Source of the DNA: a virus
IMG/VR virus record: IMGVR_UViG_3300040807_002082
Coordinates: 13,681 to 77,680 of that record
Length of the DNA stretch: 64,000 nt
Direction: 5' to 3' (one strand)
Position 1 is the first letter of the stretch. Each line of letters starts with the position of its first letter. Shown in pieces: positions 10,708 through 19,582 of the stretch. The position numbers were made by a program, and so were the translations under genes. A model generated the notes under the pieces. The model ran no database searches and had not been told where the DNA came from. It saw only the letters and a program-made list of their open reading frames with translations.

Positions 10708-10935
10708 ATGGCAGGGCTTATTCGGATAACCGATATTATCGAGACTAAGCTCCGCAAAGAAAAAGAACTGGAGTATTATCAGCAGGAACTTGATAAACTC
10801 CAGCAAAAAATGTTCTTTATTAAAAAGGAAATTGATATAACTAATCTTATAATAAATATGATTGAGAAAGAGCAAGTTTACGATATTAAACAACAAATGA
10901 TTGAGAGAAAAGATGAAACAGACCGAAATGTTTAA
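10708..10935 (+). CDS. Hypothetical coiled-coil protein
   Basis: Abuts the upstream stop; heptad-rich. Confidence 0.7.
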   Translation: MAGLIRITDIIETKLRKEKELEYYQQELDKLQQKMFFIKKEIDITNLIINMIEKEQVYDIKQQMIERKDETDRNV

Positions 10936-11134
10936 CGAGGATGAGATGGGTTCTGGAAAGGCTCCAGAAGCCTTAAGTGATGAAGCCATTATCAATATCC
11001 TTATTACGCAGGCTCACTGGACGACCCGTCAGCCCTGGATTCAGATAGCTCGTAGATTTGCTGAATTGTCTGATATAACAAAAAGTTCTAACCATATAAA
11101 AAAATTGTATAACAAATACGAAAAAAATGGTTGA
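10913..11134 (+). CDS. Hypothetical protein
   Basis: In operon; resembles 54191..54364. Confidence 0.6.
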   Translation: MKQTEMFNEDEMGSGKAPEALSDEAIINILITQAHWTTRQPWIQIARRFAELSDITKSSNHIKKLYNKYEKNG

Positions 11135-11159
11135 CACGGCGGTCAAACTACGATAGAAT
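11131..11159 (+). promoter_or_regulatory. sigma70-type promoter
   Basis: TTGACA-17-TAGAAT. Confidence 0.75.
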
Positions 11160-11184
11160 AGCTCTATCAAATAGGAGATAGCCA

Positions 11185-11610
11185 ATGGCAAAGAAAGATA
11201 TCTTTATCTGCGTTTCTGGTGGCACCCGCCGCGAAAAGGAGTTAATTACTGAAGTTGCTTATTTAGCTCAAAAGAAATTAATGCCTCGTATTCGTAAATT
11301 AGAACTTGTCATTAACGTCAAAAAGCTTGATGTATACGCTGACGTATTAAACCTTGAAGAACGCTTATTTGAAATGAGAATTTGTCGTGGTATGAATCTA
11401 TATGATATTATTACTACTGTATGCCATGAAATGGTGCATATTAAACAATACGTCCGTGGCGAACTTAATGCCTGTGGTACTCGTTGGAAAAGCCGTAAGA
11501 TATCGGATAAAACTCAATATATGGATTTACCTTGGGAAAAGGAAGCATTTAAATTAGAAGAAAAGCTTGCCTTAGAAGTATTCAAGGAAATCAAGTTTAT
11601 ACCAAAATAA
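11185..11610 (+). CDS. Putative zincin metallopeptidase
   Basis: HEMVH (HExxH) and PWEKEA. Confidence 0.7.
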   Translation: MAKKDIFICVSGGTRREKELITEVAYLAQKKLMPRIRKLELVINVKKLDVYADVLNLEERLFEMRICRGMNLYDIITTVCHEMVHIKQYVRGELNACGTRWKSRKISDKTQYMDLPWEKEAFKLEEKLALEVFKEIKFIPK

Positions 11611-11706
11611 AGGTAACAAATAGTAACAATTAATGTTGTTACCGTTAACATTATTACATATCTGTTATATATATCATTATAGGAATATATAACAGGAGGT
11701 CCCACC

Positions 11707-11955
11707 ATGTGCAGTCCATTTGTGCGTAAAGAAGCCAACCGAATGAATTGGATTATCAAAGGCAAGTTAATTGATAGATCCTGGTCTGATAAAGATATTG
11801 AAGCAACCTACAATTCATATATGAAACGACTGTGGGGCAACAACGAAAATTACATCCATGAAGATGGATTCCAACAAGCATGGAAAGCTCGTGAAGCTGA
11901 AATCTATAATGAGGAAAACGATCTTCAAGGAATTGCTGTTTTAGGTTACGACTAA
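11707..11955 (+). CDS. Hypothetical protein
   Basis: Strong AGGAGGT RBS. Confidence 0.75.
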   Translation: MCSPFVRKEANRMNWIIKGKLIDRSWSDKDIEATYNSYMKRLWGNNENYIHEDGFQQAWKAREAEIYNEENDLQGIAVLGYD

Positions 11956-12054
11956 AACTTTTTTCATTTTATTTCATATTTTCTTAATTTTCCTATTGAC
12001 ATTTGGTTCCGAATAGTATAGATTGTTTATATAAGGTAAACAAAGGAACAAAAC

Positions 12055-12327
12055 ATGTCACGTATTATTCACCTAGATAACGGTTCAACAATCAAAGCTG
12101 ACGTAGTTGAGTCATTCGACCGCGCAGTTGCAAATCCTGAAAACATAAACAACGATGGTTCTATCAATTGGAACTTTGTTGATGCGGATATGAACCTTGA
12201 CTGTGGTTACTGGTCAGCATCATATATTGCTGAATGTTTTGATAAGTTGGCTGATGAGTACGATCTTAGCGTAGCCTGGGATCGTTTGCAAGTTCTTAAA
12301 ACTGATTTTCTTGGTATGGAGGCGTAA
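12055..12327 (+). CDS. Hypothetical early protein
   Basis: AAGGA RBS, follows TTGACA promoter at 11996. Confidence 0.75.
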   Translation: MSRIIHLDNGSTIKADVVESFDRAVANPENINNDGSINWNFVDADMNLDCGYWSASYIAECFDKLADEYDLSVAWDRLQVLKTDFLGMEA

Positions 12328-12329
12328 GT

Positions 12330-12518
12330 ATGAAAAAGCAACAGTGGATCATGGTGATGTCAAAAGCACCAGCTCAAGACGAGTTTGGTATGACTATAAG
12401 CTATAGCATCGATGAACTTGGTGCTGAGAAGGCGATGGAAAAAGCTCAATCATATATAACAGAGCAATCCAAAGTTTTTCGTCAAGTTGAATTTAAACTC
12501 CAAGGAGGTGCTTGGTAA
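12330..12518 (+). CDS. Hypothetical protein
   Basis: GGAGG RBS. Confidence 0.7.
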   Translation: MKKQQWIMVMSKAPAQDEFGMTISYSIDELGAEKAMEKAQSYITEQSKVFRQVEFKLQGGAW

Positions 12519-12766
12519 TGAGCGATCTTAAATTTACAACTTGTGGTGATTATATGTCTCAATATGATGAACGTCACGGCGGCCCTTACGATCGCGGATC
12601 TGCCGATAGCTACTATGGCCGTGGCTACAACCCTCATTATTACACCGGTGATACGTACCGATCTGTTCGTGTTGAGCTAGCTGATATGACTCCTGCAGAA
12701 ATTGTTGAATACACGAAGGGTTATAATGATAATGAAGAAGATGGTAACTTCAAAGACTGGGGTTAA
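12518..12766 (+). CDS. Hypothetical protein (RHGGPYDRG.ADSYY motif)
   Basis: AGGAGGT RBS, TAATG coupling. Confidence 0.75.
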   Translation: MSDLKFTTCGDYMSQYDERHGGPYDRGSADSYYGRGYNPHYYTGDTYRSVRVELADMTPAEIVEYTKGYNDNEEDGNFKDWG

Positions 12767-12863
12767 AGTCAACGGTAAACTATTCACTTGTATTTTAGAT
12801 GCAATTGAATATCGTGACTATTTAGATGCTCATTATGTAAAGGTTGTGTGGGAATATGTCTGA
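12732..12863 (+). CDS. Small hypothetical protein (43 aa)
   Basis: Manually read ORF filling the gap before the next promoter; start uncertain. Confidence 0.4.
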   Translation: MKKMVTSKTGVKVNGKLFTCILDAIEYRDYLDAHYVKVVWEYV

Positions 12864-12993
12864 TTTCAATCCCACGTTTACTCCATATGAAATAATTTCA
12901 CATTTTGTGAAAAAAGTTGTTGACATATCTTTTAATTTAGATTATTATAGTTATATCAAATGGAAAAACACATACACACTAGGAGAATTCCAA

Positions 12994-13353
12994 ATGGCTA
13001 AAATCAAATCTTTCGACAAAGCAACTCTTCGCGCACTTCGTACTGAAATGGACGCATTGCTTGAAAAGTACGGTAAGAAAACCGGCCTTGATTTTGAAGT
13101 AGGTAATATGCGTTTCAGTGATACTGAAGTTGACATTAAGGTTAAAGCAAAAGTTAGTGGCGTAAAAACTCGTACTGACTCAAACCTTGAACTGTTTGCT
13201 AAAATGGCAGGCATTACAAATCTTACCAACAGATCTGGAGACCGTTTGGTTGAGTACAAGACTCGTTCTCCCGTGTATCCGTTTGTCTTCGAGCGTGGCG
13301 GTAAGCGTTACAAGTGTTCAGAAGCACAGGCTCGTTCGTTGTTCGCAGCATAA
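12994..13353 (+). CDS. Hypothetical early protein
   Basis: AGGAG RBS, promoter TTGACA-17-TATTAT at 12920-12948; start moved from the ORF track. Confidence 0.75.
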   Translation: MAKIKSFDKATLRALRTEMDALLEKYGKKTGLDFEVGNMRFSDTEVDIKVKAKVSGVKTRTDSNLELFAKMAGITNLTNRSGDRLVEYKTRSPVYPFVFERGGKRYKCSEAQARSLFAA

Positions 13354-13532
13354 TGCTTCTACACCTTTTCGTTTCTCCCATGGCTGCCTACTTCATGACT
13401 TTGGTGTGGGCAGCCATTTTTGGTAATACTGCAGGTACATCTGAGCTTATGATAGAAGAATGGATCATATGTATACAGTTATACCTTGGTGTTGCACTTA
13501 TGATACAATTTAAGAAATCTTCAAAAGAATAG
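13353..13532 (+). CDS. Small membrane protein (2 hydrophobic segments)
   Basis: TAATG coupling; hydrophobic. Confidence 0.55.
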   Translation: MLLHLFVSPMAAYFMTLVWAAIFGNTAGTSELMIEEWIICIQLYLGVALMIQFKKSSKE

Positions 13533-13567
13533 TTGACATTTCCGTGTTTTTGTATTATATATAGACT

Positions 13568-13876
13568 GTGGACGTTGAAACAAAATAAAGACGGATCGGA
13601 CTCGGGTGCGATTCCCGACGCCTCCACCAAAAGCACACAGTCTACTGGTGAATGAGATAACAATGCTCATAATAAAAGTCCAAACTGTGTGTTTTTGATG
13701 GGGGCGAATTAGGATCGACGGACGTAATAGTTGAGTGGAGTTCACCGTGTTGACCTACGTTATTCGGTCAAACAAACTAAATGCAAACGATAACTTTGCA
13801 CCATCTGAATCATTTGCTCTAGCAGCATGATCACAGGGGGCTGGCCACTTGCCTAGCAACAGAAAAGTGGTTTTTT
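13568..13876 (+). ncRNA. ssrA: Permuted (two-piece) tmRNA, tag ANDNFAPSESFALAA; outer ends approximate
   Basis: T-arm plus CGCCTCC-ACCA ending 13629 lies BEFORE GGGGGCG at 13700 (7-bp acceptor stem with G3-U70); tag ORF 13783-13830; TTGACA at 13533. Confidence 0.93.
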
Positions 13877-13903
13877 ATGCACATAAAAAAGAAAGGACAA
13901 AAG

Positions 13904-14692
13904 ATGCGTAAACTACTAGTAACAACAGCACTTGTTTTTACCGCGGGTTCAGCAATGGCCGCAGAATTGGGTGGAGAAATTTCCGTAGATATCGCAGAGA
14001 CAGCTGCAGGAGATTGGGGTGCAACCACATCTTTTGACTTAGGTATTGCGTCAATGGGTTCAGCTGTTCCAGCATTTGGAGCGATTGAACTTGATATGGA
14101 CGAAGAAGGAGATATTACTCTTGACGAATGGAAAATCGGTACTGTCATTAATGGCGATGCTGTAATTTCAATCGGTGACCAAGGTAATATTTGGTTGGAT
14201 CGCGAATCAGATGCTGCACACGCAACAACCGCGGATCCAGCAATGAAGGAATCAGTACAAGTAACGGCTTTAGGAGCGTCTATGGCAATTGGCTTTACTG
14301 ATGTCGAAGCGGACGTAACTGATATTGAAAACGTCCAAGGCAAATACGAAATGGGAGTAGGTGCGAATATTAATGTTGCCGCAGCAGGCGATTACAATAT
14401 GAACTCTGAAGAATGGACAATCGGCGGCCGCGCAGAAGTAGGTGTTAACGATATGTTCGCTATCGGTCAAATGGTAACATACGGCTCAGCTGATGAGAAA
14501 ATCGGTTATGAATCCGATATCTCAGCATTTGGTGTTACTGCATATTTGAACGGTGATGCTGATGAGCTTGCACAAAACGTTGGTGGTTCATATACATATG
14601 ATCTAAACGGTATTGAACTAGGTGCTGGTGTTAACTATAACATTGACACTGAAGCAACTACACCATCTGTATCTGCATCATTTGCTTTTTAA
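13904..14692 (+). CDS. Outer-membrane beta-barrel/porin-like protein
   Basis: Signal peptide MRKLLVTTALVFTAGSAMA, amphipathic beta strands, C-terminal VSASFAF. Confidence 0.8.
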   Translation: MRKLLVTTALVFTAGSAMAAELGGEISVDIAETAAGDWGATTSFDLGIASMGSAVPAFGAIELDMDEEGDITLDEWKIGTVINGDAVISIGDQGNIWLDRESDAAHATTADPAMKESVQVTALGASMAIGFTDVEADVTDIENVQGKYEMGVGANINVAAAGDYNMNSEEWTIGGRAEVGVNDMFAIGQMVTYGSADEKIGYESDISAFGVTAYLNGDADELAQNVGGSYTYDLNGIELGAGVNYNIDTEATTPSVSASFAF

Positions 14693-14723
14693 GCAAGATA
14701 TACTTATAGAAAAATCTAAGTTG

Positions 14724-14748
14724 AGGGGCGGTCTTGTACTGCCCCTTT
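14724..14748 (+). terminator. Stem-loop terminator
   Basis: AGGGGCGGT/ACTGCCCCT stem followed by T residues. Confidence 0.65.
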
Positions 14749-14757
14749 GGTCTTCTG

Positions 14758-14765
14758 TATAAATA
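14758..14765 (+). promoter_or_regulatory. T4-type late promoter for heme oxygenase
   Basis: TATAAATA. Confidence 0.65.
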
Positions 14766-14790
14766 AAACTGATTACGTATGGAGGATGAC

Positions 14791-15342
14791 ATGTCTTTGA
14801 AATTAAAAGAACTTACGTGGGCTCATCACCAAGCAGCAGAAAGAAGAGCGTTTGCTAAACAGCTTTTAAGTGGTAAAATTGAACCAAAGCTGTATCATAA
14901 GTTCTTGTGTTGCCAATATTTGAATTATCAAATTCTTGAGTCATACACAGAAGTACCATCGCATTTATTACCGATAAGAAGAGAATCACGTATCTGGACA
15001 GACATCCGTGAGCTTGAGGTAGAATACGATTTAACACCCGATGGAAATTACCCTCAATCCGTCGAGGATTATAACAAACATATTAAGAGTCTTGCTGAAA
15101 AAGGAGATCAACACGGTCTTCTTGCGCATATGTATGTACGTCATTTTGGCGATTTACATGGCGGTCAGATGATTAAAAAACGAGTTCCTGGTTCTGGTAA
15201 AATGTATGAGTTTGAACTCGAAAAAGAATATCTCATTGAGGAATTTCGTAAATATCTTGATGACGATATGGCTGAGGAAGCGAAAATATGTTTTGATTTT
15301 GCATCTCAGCTTTTTGATGAATTGTCTAAAGAAATAGATTGA
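14791..15342 (+). CDS. hemO: Heme oxygenase
   Basis: Proximal-His helix LKELTWAHHQAAE; distal helix AHMYVRHFGDLHGGQ. Confidence 0.92.
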   Translation: MSLKLKELTWAHHQAAERRAFAKQLLSGKIEPKLYHKFLCCQYLNYQILESYTEVPSHLLPIRRESRIWTDIRELEVEYDLTPDGNYPQSVEDYNKHIKSLAEKGDQHGLLAHMYVRHFGDLHGGQMIKKRVPGSGKMYEFELEKEYLIEEFRKYLDDDMAEEAKICFDFASQLFDELSKEID

Positions 15343-15395
15343 CATTTCATTAAACTGTTATATTATTAAATTGTAGCAAACAAACGGAGGGTAAC

Positions 15396-15569
15396 ATGGA
15401 ACAAGCAATTCCTGTATACGAAGATGTTGAAGTTAAACCTGTAGTACGCGGAGAGCGTATGCTACGTAGTGAAGCTGCACGAACTAGGCGACGAGAATTG
15501 AAGACCGTTCGTGAGAATCGAGTCATTAACGAATGGGCACGTGCTCGGCGCGCAAAGAAGAAGAAATAA
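15396..15569 (+). CDS. Small Arg/Lys-rich protein (57 aa)
   Basis: GGAGG RBS, promoter at 15339; below the ORF-track cutoff. Confidence 0.7.
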   Translation: MEQAIPVYEDVEVKPVVRGERMLRSEAARTRRRELKTVRENRVINEWARARRAKKKK

Positions 15570-15772
15570 TGACAAGTTATTTGACAGAAGTAAAGGAGGA
15601 TCCCCTTAACGGGGACCTCTACATCGAGTTCCCACCAGAATTTTTAGAAGAATTAGGATGGGGAGAAAACGACGAACTGATTTGGGAACAAACCGATCTT
15701 GGTTGGTCAATAAGGAAAAATGAAGATGCATCCATTATGGATCAGGCTCGAAAAACTGGCGACCAATCTTAG
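15569..15772 (+). CDS. AbrB/MazE-like small DNA-binding protein
   Basis: GDLYIEFPPEFLEELGWGENDEL pattern. Confidence 0.6.
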   Translation: MTSYLTEVKEDPLNGDLYIEFPPEFLEELGWGENDELIWEQTDLGWSIRKNEDASIMDQARKTGDQS

Positions 15773-16409
15773 CAAAAAATTTGACGAGCATTTTACAAAA
15801 TGGGATAATCCAAAATACGATGATAGTCTAAAGTTTCCTGGATGGAAAGACGATTTTTGGTTATCTCCTTTAATTCGTAAAGCGCATTTAAAAACAATCG
15901 TACCTGAGGACGGTAAAGGATTGTGGCTAATGCATGTGAATGTATTTCCACGCGAAGGTATTGAATTGCCAATCCTTGGGTTTGATATTGTAGCAGGTCC
16001 TAAAAAGATTACAGGATCTTTTATGGATTTTAGCCCATTACACGGTCATCCACATCCGTACCATGATTATATGGAAATGGTAGTTAAAAATCTTGAATGG
16101 GTTAAAGCAAGAGAATTACCACCTTGGGCAAAAGAAATCTTTTCAGAGGATATGATTGCAGTTGGTAACATTAATACAGACGAAGAATTAAATCAATTCA
16201 TTGACGTCACGACAGATCTTACAGATTATTATTTAGATAACATTGTAAAAAATGCGTTCAGGTCAAATCGCGATACAAAACCAATTCTAAACAAATATTG
16301 CTTTAATCAAAAAATGAATCCACATTTACATCGTTCAATTGAAGCAATGGGCATCTCAAAACAAGATAAGAATCGTTACGTTGATACTATTTTATTTGAG
16401 GAGATATAA
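15720..16409 (+). CDS. Ferredoxin-dependent bilin reductase (PcyA/PcyX-related)
   Basis: IRKAHL...LWLMHVNVFP...LPILGFDIVAGPKKITG.F.DFSP...RELPPWA.IFS; near hemO. Confidence 0.88.
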   Translation: MKMHPLWIRLEKLATNLSKKFDEHFTKWDNPKYDDSLKFPGWKDDFWLSPLIRKAHLKTIVPEDGKGLWLMHVNVFPREGIELPILGFDIVAGPKKITGSFMDFSPLHGHPHPYHDYMEMVVKNLEWVKARELPPWAKEIFSEDMIAVGNINTDEELNQFIDVTTDLTDYYLDNIVKNAFRSNRDTKPILNKYCFNQKMNPHLHRSIEAMGISKQDKNRYVDTILFEEI

Positions 16410-17086
16410 TGGCATTTCTTGTACACCCTTTGCCGCCAGTGAGTGTATACGTACGTAAAGAATATTTGTATGATTTGGAAAAAGGACATGGTGAATTCAC
16501 TCCAGGTATTTGGATAAGCCTTAAGAGCACTAAATATAAAGCTCTTTATTTTGAAACCTTGTTAACCGATTATGGTGCACTCTATGATAAACTTCCTATC
16601 TCGGCTTTCGTTTGGAAAACAGATCATGGCGAGCTTCTTCCTCTTGATGTGCTTCAGCTATGGGATTGCTTTGACTATGACATCACTGTCGTACAAAAAC
16701 CACTCTTGTCACGCTGTGAATTTTTCGGAAAGGATCGAAGAATGCATGCAGGAGAATACGAATTCACAGTGGATAATTGTCACCGCGATACTTCCATCAT
16801 TGACACCAACTTCAGTGAACACGATCCCGAACACAAATCCTTCAACGTCATTAGGCTTGACAACGGTCAATTCGCTGCTCAGCCTAACAATCGGGTTATC
16901 TGGCGTGATAGCTCCTTAACTCCTGATAAATTACTACAGCCTGACTTTAAAGTATGTACTCAAAACTACGCAGTAGAAACAGAACCTAAATGGTCTGTTG
17001 GCCACACTGACGAATGGCAATATAAGACAGAAGAAGAGTACGAAATTTACCAATCAAAAGAATTGAAGAAAGGAAAAAACAGTTGA
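16409..17086 (+). CDS. Hypothetical protein
   Basis: 225 aa, translationally coupled, GAGGAG RBS. Confidence 0.8.
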   Translation: MAFLVHPLPPVSVYVRKEYLYDLEKGHGEFTPGIWISLKSTKYKALYFETLLTDYGALYDKLPISAFVWKTDHGELLPLDVLQLWDCFDYDITVVQKPLLSRCEFFGKDRRMHAGEYEFTVDNCHRDTSIIDTNFSEHDPEHKSFNVIRLDNGQFAAQPNNRVIWRDSSLTPDKLLQPDFKVCTQNYAVETEPKWSVGHTDEWQYKTEEEYEIYQSKELKKGKNS

Positions 17087-17301
17087 CAGTATTGCATTGC
17101 TGTGATAATATTAATATAACTAATGGCACTACAAGCGTTATGTTTGGTCGCCATCGTTATGAAGTAAATGTGGTATTCTGTAAAGAGTGTGGATCACAAA
17201 AAGCAACTTCACATATTAAACATATAAAGGAGGGTACGTATAATGACGACGTTCGTCAACCAATTCCTGGGAGAACGGGACGGGCAACAGCTACGAGCTG
17301 A
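17083..17301 (+). CDS. Possible small Zn-binding protein
   Basis: HCC...CKEC; TTG start coincides with a TTGACA -35 element. Confidence 0.45.
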   Translation: MTVLHCCDNINITNGTTSVMFGRHRYEVNVVFCKECGSQKATSHIKHIKEGTYNDDVRQPIPGRTGRATATS

Positions 17302-17449
17302 AATCCACTCGGCAGGGCAAGGCTACACAATTAACTATTACATTAATGGAAACTTTATTAAAGAAGAAGCTATTATTGGTCGCAGCGTACATTACGTTGA
17401 AGATGCAGCGAATAATTGGATTAGCGGGATTAAGGTGTTAAACGGATAA
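17243..17449 (+). CDS. Hypothetical protein
   Basis: AGGAGG RBS. Confidence 0.7.
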   Translation: MTTFVNQFLGERDGQQLRAEIHSAGQGYTINYYINGNFIKEEAIIGRSVHYVEDAANNWISGIKVLNG

Positions 17450-17688
17450 TGATTACGCCGCCTCGATCCCCTGAAAAAATACATCATGAAATTTCTCATA
17501 TGCTTGCAGCAGGTATTAACTATATTGATGCTTTGTGTGAATACGCACGAGCAAACGATTTAGAAATTGAAACTGTTGCAGACATTGTGAAAAAGTCTTC
17601 AATCCTTAAAGAGAAAGTAAGGAGTGAAGCGGTTGACTTGAAAATGGTAAAACGAGATGAGCCTGATATCACACGGATATGCGACTGA
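17449..17688 (+). CDS. 33: Late transcription coactivator gp33
   Basis: NYIDAL.EY...EIETVA.IV...LKEKVRSEA; upstream of 59/32. Confidence 0.85.
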   Translation: MITPPRSPEKIHHEISHMLAAGINYIDALCEYARANDLEIETVADIVKKSSILKEKVRSEAVDLKMVKRDEPDITRICD

Positions 17689-18259
17689 GGAATCTTTCCG
17701 TCTGTATGTAAATTACCTTGCTATGAAAAAGCATTTTACTACAGACGGATATGATTATCAAAAATATAACGGTAAAGTACGAGCAACATACGAAAAGTAT
17801 ATGACTCGGCCTGACGTTTATTTCTTTCACAAACTGTCAAAGATGGACGATCCTCAAGGGGTTATGCTTTCTAATATGATTGTGAAACCTGATATATGGA
17901 TCCGTGATATTGTTGAAGAAACAGGAGAATCTCGTTATCTTGAGTGGCGCAAACGCATTGAGTCGTTATCATATCTTTTTAAAAATGACTTAAACAAACT
18001 CGACGATAACTATCAAGCCAACTTTGCTGTTCATGACGGACAGCACCCACATATCATGTCGCTTTATTTGCAGCGGCAAATCAGTTTGGAGACATTGTCT
18101 ATTATCGCATCGGCATCAAAAATATTTGCCTATTGGGAGAAAGAAATTGTTGACAAATTCGTTGCACGTGATATAATTAGATTATCAAAGAAGTACAGAC
18201 CCTTCCTAGATATTTCAGAAAAAAAGTTTAAAGATCTGATCCGTGAACGGTTTTTCTGA
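17657..18259 (+). CDS. 59: Helicase loader gp59
   Basis: YLAMKKHF...YDYQKYNGK...ISLETL...KYRPFL. Confidence 0.9.
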   Translation: MSLISHGYATEESFRLYVNYLAMKKHFTTDGYDYQKYNGKVRATYEKYMTRPDVYFFHKLSKMDDPQGVMLSNMIVKPDIWIRDIVEETGESRYLEWRKRIESLSYLFKNDLNKLDDNYQANFAVHDGQHPHIMSLYLQRQISLETLSIIASASKIFAYWEKEIVDKFVARDIIRLSKKYRPFLDISEKKFKDLIRERFF

Positions 18260-18336
18260 TATAAATATATGGTCGGTTAATCCGATACATATTATTGCAT
18301 ACTACGAAAATATAACGCTATACAAGGAGAATACAT

Positions 18337-19263
18337 ATGGCAATGTCATTTGACGCACTTAAAAAATCTCGTTCATCTTCGCTTGACAAGTTGAACGCGC
18401 AGCTCGAAAAAGTATCACAAAAGAGCTACTCTGATCCCAACGAAGGCAAATTCTGGAAACCAACCCGCGATAAGGCAGGTAATGGTTTTGCTATTATTCG
18501 TTTCTTACCTGCATCTGAAGGTGAAGAAATGCCTTTCGTACGCATTTGGGATCACGGCTTCCAAGGTCCAACAGGATTGTGGTATATCGAGAATTCTCTT
18601 ACAACCCTCAACCAGGATGACCCGGTTTCAGAGTATAACTCTAAACTATGGAACTCAGGTATTGATTCCGACAAAGAACAAGCACGCAAACAAAAGCGCC
18701 GCTTGAAGTACGTTGCGAATATCCAGGTTATTAAGGATGGGGCAAATCCTGAAAATGATGGTAAGGTATTCCTTTACCAATTTGGCAAGAAAATCTTTGA
18801 TAAGCTGAACGATTTGATGAATCCTCAGTTTGAAGATGAAACGCCAGTCAACCCATTTGATCTATGGGAAGGCGCAAACTTCCGTCTAAAAATTCGCCAA
18901 TTTGAAGGTTACCCAAACTACGACAAGTCTGAGTTTGATTCTCCTTCTGCATTGTCCGATGATGATGCTGAGCTCGAACGTATTTGGAAACAGCAGCATT
19001 CGCTACAAGAATTGCTTGATCCAAAGAACTTCAAGTCTTATGCTGAATTGAAGGCAAAGCTGTACCGTGTATTGGCAATGGATGAAGAACCATCCACGCC
19101 GACTCAGGCAACAGACGATTCCGATGATTTGGATCTCAGCTCAATGGGTAATACTCAACAAGCTGCTCCTGCACCATCGGCGCCTGCAGCACCTGCGGCA
19201 GCAATGTCAATGGATGATGACGATGACGATCTCTCAATCTTTAAGGAACTAGCGAATGGATAA
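18337..19263 (+). CDS. 32: ssDNA-binding protein gp32
   Basis: GNGFAIIRFLP, WYIENSLTT, NYDKSEF, acidic C-tail. Confidence 0.96.
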   Translation: MAMSFDALKKSRSSSLDKLNAQLEKVSQKSYSDPNEGKFWKPTRDKAGNGFAIIRFLPASEGEEMPFVRIWDHGFQGPTGLWYIENSLTTLNQDDPVSEYNSKLWNSGIDSDKEQARKQKRRLKYVANIQVIKDGANPENDGKVFLYQFGKKIFDKLNDLMNPQFEDETPVNPFDLWEGANFRLKIRQFEGYPNYDKSEFDSPSALSDDDAELERIWKQQHSLQELLDPKNFKSYAELKAKLYRVLAMDEEPSTPTQATDDSDDLDLSSMGNTQQAAPAPSAPAAPAAAMSMDDDDDDLSIFKELANG

Positions 19264-19582
19264 GAAGGTCTACGAAGAAGTCTTGGATTTTGACTTTGGT
19301 TTTAGTTTTATTGATGAAGAAATTCAGGAAAAAGAACAACAAGCCAATGAGCAAATCGAGGCGGAACGTAGAGCTAAAGAGGAGCTTGAAGACAAGGTAA
19401 CTCAAGCCAAAGTATCGGCTGAAGAATATGAATACCGTCTTGAGCTCCTCTATAAATCCATTTCGCCATTTTTGGATAATCTTTGTAAAAACCCGGACAA
19501 GTCAACAATTTATTGGCCTGACCGGGTCGCAAAGATTGAAGCATATAAAAGCAAGTTGCTTAGGATTGTAGAGGGGACCTAA
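19256..19582 (+). CDS. Hypothetical protein
   Basis: Overlaps the gp32 stop; DFDFGFS...IYWPDR. Confidence 0.75.
   Translation: MDKKVYEEVLDFDFGFSFIDEEIQEKEQQANEQIEAERRAKEELEDKVTQAKVSAEEYEYRLELLYKSISPFLDNLCKNPDKSTIYWPDRVAKIEAYKSKLLRIVEGT

Noticed and set aside
13590-13629. tRNA-like T-arm and CCA end
   Set aside because: No D or anticodon arm upstream; it is the acceptor piece of the permuted tmRNA.
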